From contig CANQFQ010000007.1 in the NCBI GenBank assembly GCA_947599835.1, positions 2,972 through 66,971 on the forward strand: a stretch of DNA of 64,000 nt. The letters run 5' to 3'. The translations under genes were made by a program, and so were the position numbers. Below are positions 19,498-27,970 of this stretch, piece by piece. Within the stretch, counting starts at the first letter, position 1; each line of letters begins with the position of its first letter. The notes below the pieces were generated by a model. The model had not been told where the DNA came from and did not search any database. It was given only the letters and a program-made list of their open reading frames with translations. The stretch is from an uncultured Bacilli bacterium (GTDB lineage: Bacteria > Bacillota_I > Bacilli_A > RFN20 > CAG-631).

Positions 19498-20175
19498 TTA
19501 TTTTAAAACGTTTAATAAAACAATTACAATGACTAAAACAACCAAAAGAATCCCGCCAACGCCACACATAACTAAAGAGGTTTTTAAATTTCTAGAATTC
19601 CCGTTTTTTTCGAGTAAACCTGTAAATCTAATGGCGGATGTTAAAGGTTTATATAAAATTAAAATAAATGAAATGTTTAATAATACTTTAATGGCATTAA
19701 ATAATACTATCCATCCTAATAAACTGCGAATTAATTCTTTTCTCGATATGCCACCATATAAAGGCGTCACGATAATATTCCATAATGTCATCATGATAAG
19801 TACCGAAACAAAGCCAACAGCTAAAGACAATAATGCGCCTTTAAAGGATCTTTTGGATTTATAAATGAACGCTGCTGGAATCACTAAAGCACAAGTTGAA
19901 ATAACATTCATAATCAACCCTATCCATCCTTGACTACTAAACGTGACCATTTCTAAAAGTGGAACAATCACCGCAATAATTAAAGCTGCGCTTGGACCTA
20001 AAATAAAACCTGTAATACAAATGATAATGTCCTTAGGATCATAGGTTAAAAAAGAAAGACTTGGCACAGGTATAAAACTGAGATGTAGCAAATGAAAAAC
20101 TAAAGTAGAAACATAAGAAATTGCCGCCATCATGGAAATCAGCACCATTTTTTTAACAGTCGTATTTGTTTTCAT
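19498..20175 (-). CDS. ribU: ECF transporter S component, riboflavin-type (RibU-like)
   Basis: Six-TM ~225-aa S-component-like protein directly downstream of an FMN riboswitch; GGAGG SD. Confidence 0.65.
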   Translation of the reverse strand: MKTNTTVKKMVLISMMAAISYVSTLVFHLLHLSFIPVPSLSFLTYDPKDIIICITGFILGPSAALIIAVIVPLLEMVTFSSQGWIGLIMNVISTCALVIPAAFIYKSKRSFKGALLSLAVGFVSVLIMMTLWNIIVTPLYGGISRKELIRSLLGWIVLFNAIKVLLNISFILILYKPLTSAIRFTGLLEKNGNSRNLKTSLVMCGVGGILLVVLVIVIVLLNVLK

Positions 20176-20199
20176 TTTTCCTCCTTTGAGCAACAAAAA

Positions 20200-20340
20200 A
20201 ATGCTCTTTTCAGGGCATTAAAAAATTCTTCTTCCATCCAGACTTTAACTGTCGGCACTAGAATTTAACTAGTTCATGCAAATTGCTCGTGGGCTTTACC
20301 ACCGATTAGGAATTACACCTTACCCTGAAGATACTTTTAT
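20200..20340 (-). promoter_or_regulatory. FMN riboswitch (RFN element) in the ribU leader
   Basis: Minus-strand sequence ...CAGGGTAAGGTGTAATTCCTAATCGGTGGTAAAGCCCACGAGC...GCCGACAGTTAAAGTCTGGATGGAAGAAGA matches the RFN consensus (CAGGGTGAAATTCCCGACCGGCGGTAGTAAAGCAC ... CCGACAGTGAAAGTCTGGATGGGAGAAGGA). An expression-platform hairpin lies next to the GGAGG SD. Confidence 0.85.
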
Positions 20341-20341
20341 T

Positions 20342-20375
20342 ATACTCCTATAATCAAAATTGTGAATATTTTTTT
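20342..20375 (-). promoter_or_regulatory. Putative sigma-A promoter for riboswitch-ribU (TTCACA-16-TATAAT)
   Basis: On the minus strand, TTCACA, 16 nt, then TATAAT about 7 nt before the start of the riboswitch aptamer. Confidence 0.4.
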
Positions 20376-20409
20376 TGTTATTTTAATAACATGAATTGAG
20401 GTGCATTTC

Positions 20410-21891
20410 ATGGATAATCAACATATAACAAATAATTATGGCCGCGCTGTTGAAAACGATATTAGTTCTTTAACGGTGGGAGAATTAGGACCCACTTTAA
20501 TTCAAGATACTCAATTAATACAAAAACTAGCACATTTTAATCGTGAACGAATTCCTGAACGCGTAGCCTTCGCTCGTGGGGCTGGCGCATTTGGCTATTT
20601 TGAAGCAGAAAATAATATGAAACAATTTACCAAAGCCGCATTTTTAAATCAAAAAGGAAAGAGAACAAAAGTTTTTGTTCGTTTTTCAACTTTTGTATTA
20701 AATCAAGGCTCATCTGAGGTTGTAAGAGATTTACGAGGATTTAATATTAAATTTTATACTGAAGATGGCAATTATGACTTAATAAACATCCATTTGCCAG
20801 TATTTTATGTCAGAGATGCAATGCGAATTCCTGACTTATTACACGCTTTAAAGCCATCTCCGGTTACAAATTTAATCGTCCCAGAAAGAACATGGCAATA
20901 TTTTTCGCTATTACCAGAAACCTTACATACCCTTACATATCTATATAGTCGATATGGTATTCCAACTAATTATTGTAAAATGGAAGGCCATTCTGTTTGT
21001 GCTTATAAATGGATTAATGAAAATGATGATGTTTATTATGTTAAATATCATTTTATCCCTGTCGGCGGTGCAACCTATTTAACCAAACAAGAAGCACAAG
21101 AAATTCAAAAAAATACATCGGCTTCTGCCACAAATTCCTTATATACACAAATTGAAAATAAACAATATCCAAAATGGGAAGTTTATGTTCAACTACTGGA
21201 AGAAAAAAATTTAGATGCTTTTCCGTTCCACCCATTTGATCCAACTAAAATTTGGAATGAAGAAGTAACTCCAATGGTGAAAATAGGAACCTTAACTTTA
21301 GATAGTATTCCTGATAACTTTTTTGAATATAGTGAACAAGTGGCCTTTGATCCCGGTTCTTTTGTCCCTGGAATTGAAGCGTCAGAAAGCAAATTACTAC
21401 AAGGTTTATTATTTGCTTATCCAGATGCCAATCGTTATCGTTTAGGCATCAATTACCCCTATTTAAAAGTGAATTTGCCTTTAAATGGTATTCATAATTA
21501 TCAACAAAATGGAAAAATGGATATAAGAACACAAAAAGGAGAAATCAATTTTTATCCTAATCATAATGAAAATTTGCCGCAAGAAACGAAAAAAAGTCAT
21601 GATAGCGAAGGAAAATCTTTTATTAAAGGGGTTGTCATTGCAAGATTTAAAAATGAATATAATGATAATTTCGAACAAGTTGGAGAATTGTTCCGTTCCT
21701 TAAGTGAAGAAGAACAAAATATTTTAATTGAAAATTTAACCAACGCATTACAAGGCGTGAGTCGAAATATTGTCGAACAAATGGTTTATTATTTTTATTC
21801 AGCCGATACCGATTATGGACAACGAATTGCCGATCGTTTTAATCTTAATTTACAAACCATTATCTTAAAATATGATCAAGCCTTAAATTAA
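20410..21891 (+). CDS. Heme-catalase family protein, clade-3 size, with non-canonical active-site residues
   Basis: Catalase-wide similarity (NRERIPERV, RFSTF, FDPTKIW, PGIEASESKLLQG, YRLGINY), but the distal-His motif reads ERVAFARGAGAFG. GAGGTG SD before the ATG at 20410. Confidence 0.8.
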   Translation: MDNQHITNNYGRAVENDISSLTVGELGPTLIQDTQLIQKLAHFNRERIPERVAFARGAGAFGYFEAENNMKQFTKAAFLNQKGKRTKVFVRFSTFVLNQGSSEVVRDLRGFNIKFYTEDGNYDLINIHLPVFYVRDAMRIPDLLHALKPSPVTNLIVPERTWQYFSLLPETLHTLTYLYSRYGIPTNYCKMEGHSVCAYKWINENDDVYYVKYHFIPVGGATYLTKQEAQEIQKNTSASATNSLYTQIENKQYPKWEVYVQLLEEKNLDAFPFHPFDPTKIWNEEVTPMVKIGTLTLDSIPDNFFEYSEQVAFDPGSFVPGIEASESKLLQGLLFAYPDANRYRLGINYPYLKVNLPLNGIHNYQQNGKMDIRTQKGEINFYPNHNENLPQETKKSHDSEGKSFIKGVVIARFKNEYNDNFEQVGELFRSLSEEEQNILIENLTNALQGVSRNIVEQMVYYFYSADTDYGQRIADRFNLNLQTIILKYDQALN

Positions 21892-21974
21892 TCACAAAGT
21901 CATTTTATAATGACTTTTTATTTTTTTCTTTTTTAATAATTAAAAAAGTTATACAATACTTAGTGGTGAAGAAT

Positions 21975-23303
21975 ATGAATGAAACCATTGTATCCTTGAG
22001 TAGTGGGGCTAGCAAAGCCGCAATAGCGATTATACGATTAAGTGGCGATAATTGTTTTGATATCGTTCGTCATATTTTTTCTAATGTAAAAGAAACCTAT
22101 GAACATCAAAAATTTTATTATGGCCATATTCTGGAAAATCAAGAAATCGTCGATGAAGTCATGATTTCTTTCTTTGTAGCACCCAAAACTTTTACCTGCG
22201 AAAATATGGCAGAAATTAATTGCCACGGCAATCCTTTGATTATTCAACGAATCATTTCTTTGTGTATTCAATATGGTGCACGTTTAGCAGAACGTGGAGA
22301 ATTTACAAAAAGAGCCTTTTTAAACGGACGGATTGATTTAATTAATGCAGAATCAATTAATGATTTAATCAACGCTACAAACAAACAAGCTATTCGCCTT
22401 GCATTAAGTGGCCTTAAGGGAATCACTTCTGATTATGTAACAAATTTAAGTCATGAATTATTAGACGTATTAACCACTATTGAAGTGAATATCGATTATC
22501 CTGAATATGATGATGTCGAACAATTAACGCATTTAACTATTTTACCAAAACTTGAAAAAAATATCGCTTTGTTAGATAAAGTCATACAAGATACAAAAAA
22601 AGGACAAATCGTAAAAAATGGAATTGACACCGTAATCATCGGAAAACCAAACGTTGGCAAATCTAGTTTGTTAAATGCATTATTAAATGAAGATAAGGCG
22701 ATTGTGACCGATATTGCTGGAACCACTCGAGATATTGTTGAAGGTTCCATCGATTTTGATGGTATTTCTTTGAATTTAATTGATACTGCTGGTATTCGAA
22801 AAGGAAAAAACAAAATCGAACAACTGGGAATACAAAAGTCATATAATGCTTTACAAAAAGCTCAATTCGTACTACTTGTCTTGGATGGTTCGACACCACT
22901 TACCGAACAAGATAATGAATTACTCGAATTAACAAAGGACAAAGAAAGAATTGTGATTTTAAACAAAACCGATTTAAAATCTGTTGTTCATTTAGAAGAA
23001 AGTGTCAATATTTCGGCTAAAAATAGAAATATTTCAGAATTAGAAAACAAAATTAAAGAAAAATTTAAAACTTTTTTATACAATGAAGAACCTTTACTAT
23101 TCAACGCAAGACAATTAGGGTTGCTTCAACAAGCCAAACAACATTTGTTGGATGCCAAGAATCAAGCGTTAGCAAAGCAAGTCATTGATCTTATTTTTAT
23201 TGATATTCAAGAAGCTTATAAGAATATTTTAGAAATTTTAGGAAAAACAACATCCTTAGATATTTTAGATAATGTTTTTTCAAAATTTTGTTTGGGGAAA
23301 TAA
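21975..23303 (+). CDS. mnmE: tRNA modification GTPase MnmE
   Basis: N-terminal IVSLSSGASKAAIAIIRLSG, G-domain GKPNVGKSSLLNAL, C-terminal ...CLGK. Confidence 0.9.
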   Translation: MNETIVSLSSGASKAAIAIIRLSGDNCFDIVRHIFSNVKETYEHQKFYYGHILENQEIVDEVMISFFVAPKTFTCENMAEINCHGNPLIIQRIISLCIQYGARLAERGEFTKRAFLNGRIDLINAESINDLINATNKQAIRLALSGLKGITSDYVTNLSHELLDVLTTIEVNIDYPEYDDVEQLTHLTILPKLEKNIALLDKVIQDTKKGQIVKNGIDTVIIGKPNVGKSSLLNALLNEDKAIVTDIAGTTRDIVEGSIDFDGISLNLIDTAGIRKGKNKIEQLGIQKSYNALQKAQFVLLVLDGSTPLTEQDNELLELTKDKERIVILNKTDLKSVVHLEESVNISAKNRNISELENKIKEKFKTFLYNEEPLLFNARQLGLLQQAKQHLLDAKNQALAKQVIDLIFIDIQEAYKNILEILGKTTSLDILDNVFSKFCLGK

Positions 23304-23305
23304 TT

Positions 23306-24064
23306 ATGATATTCAATACTCATACTCATTTAAATGATTCTCAAGTTATCGATGTCGATACTTTAGTTCAAAATGCGCACAACAACAATGTGACTCATAT
23401 GGCAGTTGTGGGTAGTGATTTTCAAACCTCTGTAAAAGCGCTCGAAATCGCTAAGCATTATGAAAATATTTATGCTATTTGTGGTCTTCATCCTAATGAT
23501 AGTGAATTATTCAATGATTCTTTGCAAATCTTTTTTCCATTATTGCAAGATCCACGAACCATTGGAATTGGTGAAATCGGTTTAGATTATCATTATGAAA
23601 ATACGAATAAAGAAAAGCAAAAATATTATTTTGAAAAATTTCTATCTTTGGCTAGCGAAATACACAAACCTGTGATTATTCATTGTCGCGATGCTTATTT
23701 AGACACTTATGAATTACTAGAAAAATATCATCAAAAGTTAGACGGCATAATATTACACTGCTATAGCGGAAGTGTAGAAATGATGCAACGTTTTCTAAAA
23801 TTAGGCTGTTATATCTCTATTGCAGGTACGGTAACTTTTAAAAATGCTAAAGAAATTAAAGAGGTTGTACAAAGCGTCCCTTTGAATAAATTACTCGTAG
23901 AAACAGATGACCCTTATTTAACTCCTGTTCCTTATCGTGGAAAACAAAATCAACCTGCTTATGTCGTTTTTGTCATTCAAGAAATCGCAAAACTCAAAGC
24001 TATGAATTATGATGACATTGCTGCCATCACTTTTAATAATGCTAAAAAGGTATTTCACTTATGA
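23306..24064 (+). CDS. tatD: TatD-family metal-dependent DNase/hydrolase
   Basis: MIFNTHTHLND N-terminus and TatD motifs; GGGGAAA SD. Confidence 0.85.
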   Translation: MIFNTHTHLNDSQVIDVDTLVQNAHNNNVTHMAVVGSDFQTSVKALEIAKHYENIYAICGLHPNDSELFNDSLQIFFPLLQDPRTIGIGEIGLDYHYENTNKEKQKYYFEKFLSLASEIHKPVIIHCRDAYLDTYELLEKYHQKLDGIILHCYSGSVEMMQRFLKLGCYISIAGTVTFKNAKEIKEVVQSVPLNKLLVETDDPYLTPVPYRGKQNQPAYVVFVIQEIAKLKAMNYDDIAAITFNNAKKVFHL

Positions 24065-24591
24065 AAGAAATAAAAGAAGTCCTAGTTGTCGAAGGAAAAA
24101 CGGATAAAGCGTACTTATCCACTTTTATAAAAGCAGATATTCTAACGTGTAATGGCTCTGCTATCGATGGCTTTTCTATGGAATATTTAGCATCTTTAGC
24201 CAGCACCCGCGGAGTTATTCTTTTAACAGATCCTGATTTTCCTGGTGCGAAAATAAGAAACGAAATCAGTCAAAAAGTTCCAAATTGTAAACATGCTTTT
24301 ATTGATAAACAAAAATCAATTAAACATCATAAAGTTGGCGTTGCGGAATGTGATCAGCAAGAAATTTTGCGCGCTTTGAACCACGTGGTTACTTTTACCG
24401 ATAAAATCAACAATCATCCATTAGCTATGCGAGATTTAATGGAAATGCATTTAATCGGTCCAAACAGTCAACTCAACAAAGAAAAAGTTTGTCATTATTT
24501 TCATTTAGGCTTTTGCAATGCTAAAACAATGCTAAAAAGATTAAATTTATTACACATCACTAAAAATATGCTCGAGGAGGCTATACAATGA
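24061..24591 (+). CDS. rnmV: Ribonuclease M5 (Toprim domain)
   Basis: EVLVVEGKTDKAYL ... LLTDPDFPGAKIR Toprim motifs; sits in the conserved tatD-rnmV-ksgA order. Confidence 0.8.
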   Translation: MKEIKEVLVVEGKTDKAYLSTFIKADILTCNGSAIDGFSMEYLASLASTRGVILLTDPDFPGAKIRNEISQKVPNCKHAFIDKQKSIKHHKVGVAECDQQEILRALNHVVTFTDKINNHPLAMRDLMEMHLIGPNSQLNKEKVCHYFHLGFCNAKTMLKRLNLLHITKNMLEEAIQ

Positions 24592-25427
24592 GAAGTAGTA
24601 AAAAATATGTTGATGGCACACTTCGCAAATATCATTTGACTGCCAACAAAGCATTAGGACAAAACTTTTTGGTTTCTCAAAATATTACCGATAAAATCGT
24701 TGAAAATTCAGGAATATCAAAAAAAAGCATCGTAATTGAAATCGGCCCTGGATTAGGCGCTTTAACTGAAGCTTGTGTTAAAATTGCAAAACAAGTCATT
24801 GCGATTGAAATTGACAAAAATATGTGCAACATTCTTCAAGAAGAATTTAAAGACGCTTTAAATTTAACAATCATTCATCAAGACTTTTTAAAAATGGATT
24901 TAAATCAACTCTTTACTTTTGATATTTGTTTATCTCCAATTACCATTATTTCTAATCTGCCTTATTACATTACTTCACAAATCTTAACCAAAATAATTTA
25001 TGGTAATTATCCGATACAAAATTTAATCGTTATGATGCAAAAAGAAGTTGCAAATAAATTGATTCATCCAACTTTAAAAGAATATGGCCCTTTGCATATC
25101 ATTTTAGAATATAAATATAAAATAACCACAATCACTCACGTCAGCAAAAATGACTATTTGCCTCGCCCAGAAATTGATTCTATGGTATTACGAATTGAAA
25201 GAAAAAAGCCTAAATATCAAATAAATGATGAATTAAAATTTTTTCAAATCGTGAAGGACTTATTTAAAATGCGAAGAAAAACGATAGCCAATCATCTTAC
25301 GCATTATTTTTCAGACAAAAATGAGGCTATTCTTTTTTTAAATCGTTTGAATATCTCTGCAGATTCCAGAGCAGAACAACTGGATTTAGAAAAATTTATT
25401 CAAATTGCAAAAGAATTAGGTGCTTAA
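24588..25427 (+). CDS. rsmA: 16S rRNA (adenine1518/1519-N6)-dimethyltransferase
   Basis: LGQNFL ... EIGPGLGALT SAM motif ... NLPY. Confidence 0.9.
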   Translation: MRSSKKYVDGTLRKYHLTANKALGQNFLVSQNITDKIVENSGISKKSIVIEIGPGLGALTEACVKIAKQVIAIEIDKNMCNILQEEFKDALNLTIIHQDFLKMDLNQLFTFDICLSPITIISNLPYYITSQILTKIIYGNYPIQNLIVMMQKEVANKLIHPTLKEYGPLHIILEYKYKITTITHVSKNDYLPRPEIDSMVLRIERKKPKYQINDELKFFQIVKDLFKMRRKTIANHLTHYFSDKNEAILFLNRLNISADSRAEQLDLEKFIQIAKELGA

Positions 25428-25473
25428 CCTAATTCTTTTATTCTTTTATTCATACTTTGTTATAGGTGATACT

Positions 25474-26220
25474 ATGAAAATTGGAGATTATGTAACACGA
25501 AAAAAATATCATCATGATATTGTGTTTAAAATTATCAAAATTGACGGTAAACAGGTATATTTACATGGAGAGATGTATCGTTTAATTGCGGATGCCACTT
25601 TAGATGATTTACAACCTTATGAAGAATCAACTGAAACAAAAGAAGTGGAAATGATTTTACAACAAAATAACCATCTTATCAAAGGTAAAATTTTACATAT
25701 TGATGGAGATAAAACTTATTTGAGAAAATGTATGGATTTTTACAAAGAAAATATGACTCCTGTCGTTGGCTGTTATATTCAAGAAGACAAAATGAAAGAA
25801 AATATTATTCCTTTATTAAAAAAACATTGCCCAGATATTTTAATTATTACTGGGCACGATTCTTTCAGTTTTAAAAGGGCACAAACCGAACACGAAGGCT
25901 ATAAAAATTCACATCATTTTATAGATGCTGTCAAGCAGGCGCGTTTATATCAGCCCAACAAAGACGCTTTAATTATCATTGCTGGAGCATGCCAATCGAA
26001 TTATGAGGGCTTGATAAAAAGTGGCGCTAATTTTGCTAGTTCACCCACAAAAATCAATATTCACGCACTCGATCCCGCTTGTATTGCGATATCTATAGCC
26101 AATACACATGTAAATCAATTTGTAGAAGTTGAAAAAGTGCTTGCAGATACCATTTCAAAAGGAAAGGGAATCGGTGGTATTGATAGTCGTGGCGTTGCAA
26201 GAAAAATTTATTCTAATTAA
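25474..26220 (+). CDS. yabG: YabG-family sporulation-associated peptidase
   Basis: MKIGDYVTRKKYHHDIVFKI N-terminus typical of YabG. It follows rsmA as in Bacillus/Clostridium. AGGTGA SD before the ATG at 25474; the track start at 25420 is an upstream extension. Confidence 0.65.
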   Translation: MKIGDYVTRKKYHHDIVFKIIKIDGKQVYLHGEMYRLIADATLDDLQPYEESTETKEVEMILQQNNHLIKGKILHIDGDKTYLRKCMDFYKENMTPVVGCYIQEDKMKENIIPLLKKHCPDILIITGHDSFSFKRAQTEHEGYKNSHHFIDAVKQARLYQPNKDALIIIAGACQSNYEGLIKSGANFASSPTKINIHALDPACIAISIANTHVNQFVEVEKVLADTISKGKGIGGIDSRGVARKIYSN

Positions 26221-26242
26221 AAAATCTACTTTTATATAAAAA

Positions 26243-26301
26243 ACGGCTTTGGGATGTGAATCTTCTTTCTTTTACAAGAAATAAAGTTCACTTAAAGCCG
26301 T
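26243..26301. terminator. Bidirectional terminator between convergent yabG and ispE
   Basis: Long hairpin with ACGGCTTT/AAAGCCGT outer and GTGAA/TTCAC inner stems, flanked by an A-run and a T-run. Confidence 0.55.
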
Positions 26302-26308
26302 AATTTAT

Positions 26309-27172
26309 TTATAAAGATATGATTCGATAAGCCTTACAAATATCGTAATTATCTTTAACTAATTGTGCTTTCGCTAATCGATATAGTTTTTTGTTTTTAG
26401 AATATGCAAAGCAAGCACTTCCACTTCCTGACATTCCTACAATTTCAAAGCCAAAAGACTTTAATTCTTTTAAAATTGGCTCAATATCTGGATTGAGTTT
26501 CATTGCCGATTCTAATAAACTATTGCCAACATGACGACTCAACAAATCAACGTCGCCTTCCTTCATTGCTTTTTCAACCTTATTAATATTTGGATGTATA
26601 AGATCGTTTAAATTCAAACCCGCATAGACATCTTTTGTACTGCATCCACTTTTTGGTTTGACAATCAATATTTTTCCTTTAAGTTTAGAATCAAACGGAG
26701 ATACGTCATTTCCTGTTTTTCTAACTCTGCTTGTTAAAGAAAATAATTGATAAGGTGCATCAGATGATATTGGTTTTATAAAATTAATCATTTGTACGGC
26801 AGACATATTCAAATGGAATTTTTTATTTAAAATTTTTAAAACGGCTGCTGCATTTCCACTACCGCCACCTAAACCCGATTGTTGTTGAATTCTTTTGATA
26901 ATATGAATTTCGTATCCGAAATTCAATTTAAATGTTTGTTGAACCTTATGAATCACTTTAATAACGATATTGTTTTCGTCTGTTGGTACATTTTCATCAT
27001 TTGAAGTAATTTTTCTAATTTCACTGTCGTGATGAAATTTCATTATAATCGTATCATGTAATCGAATAGATACATTAATCATATCTAAATCATGATATCC
27101 ATTAGATAAACGATTAAGCACATTTATCGCTAAATTTACTTTTGCATAACTTTTTTCTCTCATTTTTATCAC
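26309..27172 (-). CDS. ispE: 4-diphosphocytidyl-2-C-methyl-D-erythritol kinase
   Basis: GHMP-kinase motif GLGGGSGNAAAV; KVNLAINV N-terminus. Confidence 0.85.
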   Translation of the reverse strand: MIKMREKSYAKVNLAINVLNRLSNGYHDLDMINVSIRLHDTIIMKFHHDSEIRKITSNDENVPTDENNIVIKVIHKVQQTFKLNFGYEIHIIKRIQQQSGLGGGSGNAAAVLKILNKKFHLNMSAVQMINFIKPISSDAPYQLFSLTSRVRKTGNDVSPFDSKLKGKILIVKPKSGCSTKDVYAGLNLNDLIHPNINKVEKAMKEGDVDLLSRHVGNSLLESAMKLNPDIEPILKELKSFGFEIVGMSGSGSACFAYSKNKKLYRLAKAQLVKDNYDICKAYRIISL

Positions 27173-27329
27173 CTATTTATTATTATAACAAAAATTGTTT
27201 TTTTTGTGTAACAATGTTAAAATATTTGTGAAGAGAAATGTTTTTATTATGCATTCTTTAATTAAAAGTGTTGAATTCACCGATGAATTTGAACTGTTAC
27301 CAAGCATTTAAGGAAAGGAAAATTTTGCC

Positions 27330-27881
27330 ATGTTAAGTCCGTTTTCATTTATTTGTTTGATTTTATCCTTTTTATTTTTATATCGAACCATCATTTCTTT
27401 GTTAATCGTTATTAACAAAAAATTTATTATTGATGAACAACAATATATTTATTTAATCTACCTTTCTACGCTTTGTTTAATTGTAGCTATAAGTAAAAAT
27501 ATTATCGTTGGAATTGTGGGTATTTGTTTAACACCCATCGTTTTGATTATCTATTTTTTAGTTATTAAAAAAAGAATTTATTGGATTGTCAATGGGACAC
27601 ATACGAACTTAGCTACCTATGGTAATGCATTAATACAATACGATGCAAAATATAAAGATAGTCATTATATGAAAGAACATCTTTCTATGCGAAAAGTAGA
27701 ATCTAAAATTAAAATTACTTTTGAAAATATCAACTTACAAGAAAAGGAAAATATTGTAAAATTATTCAAACTAGTGGCTAAACAACACGCAAAAAAATGG
27801 AATACAAAGCAATTTATCTATTTATTAATCAATTTTCTTGTATTCATAGTATTTTTATCTCTTGGAATCGTTTATTTGTAA
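27330..27881 (+). CDS. Hypothetical multi-TM membrane protein (occupies the yybS position upstream of gdpP)
   Basis: Hydrophobic 183-aa ORF. Its position mirrors yybS-yybT(gdpP)-rplI-dnaC synteny, but it is much shorter than YybS. Confidence 0.4.
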   Translation: MLSPFSFICLILSFLFLYRTIISLLIVINKKFIIDEQQYIYLIYLSTLCLIVAISKNIIVGIVGICLTPIVLIIYFLVIKKRIYWIVNGTHTNLATYGNALIQYDAKYKDSHYMKEHLSMRKVESKIKITFENINLQEKENIVKLFKLVAKQHAKKWNTKQFIYLLINFLVFIVFLSLGIVYL

Positions 27882-27970
27882 TACAACTTTTTTTATTTCA
27901 ATAAATATAATACTTAAGTATATATTTATCTGCCTAAAAATGTTATAATTCATTATAAGAGGTGATTTTT

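Noticed and set aside
27249-27311. 20-codon ORF (MHSLIKSVEFTDEFELLPSI) upstream of the membrane-protein gene as a leader peptide
   Set aside because: It has no convincing SD and no regulatory-codon run or downstream attenuator structure, so it is probably chance.
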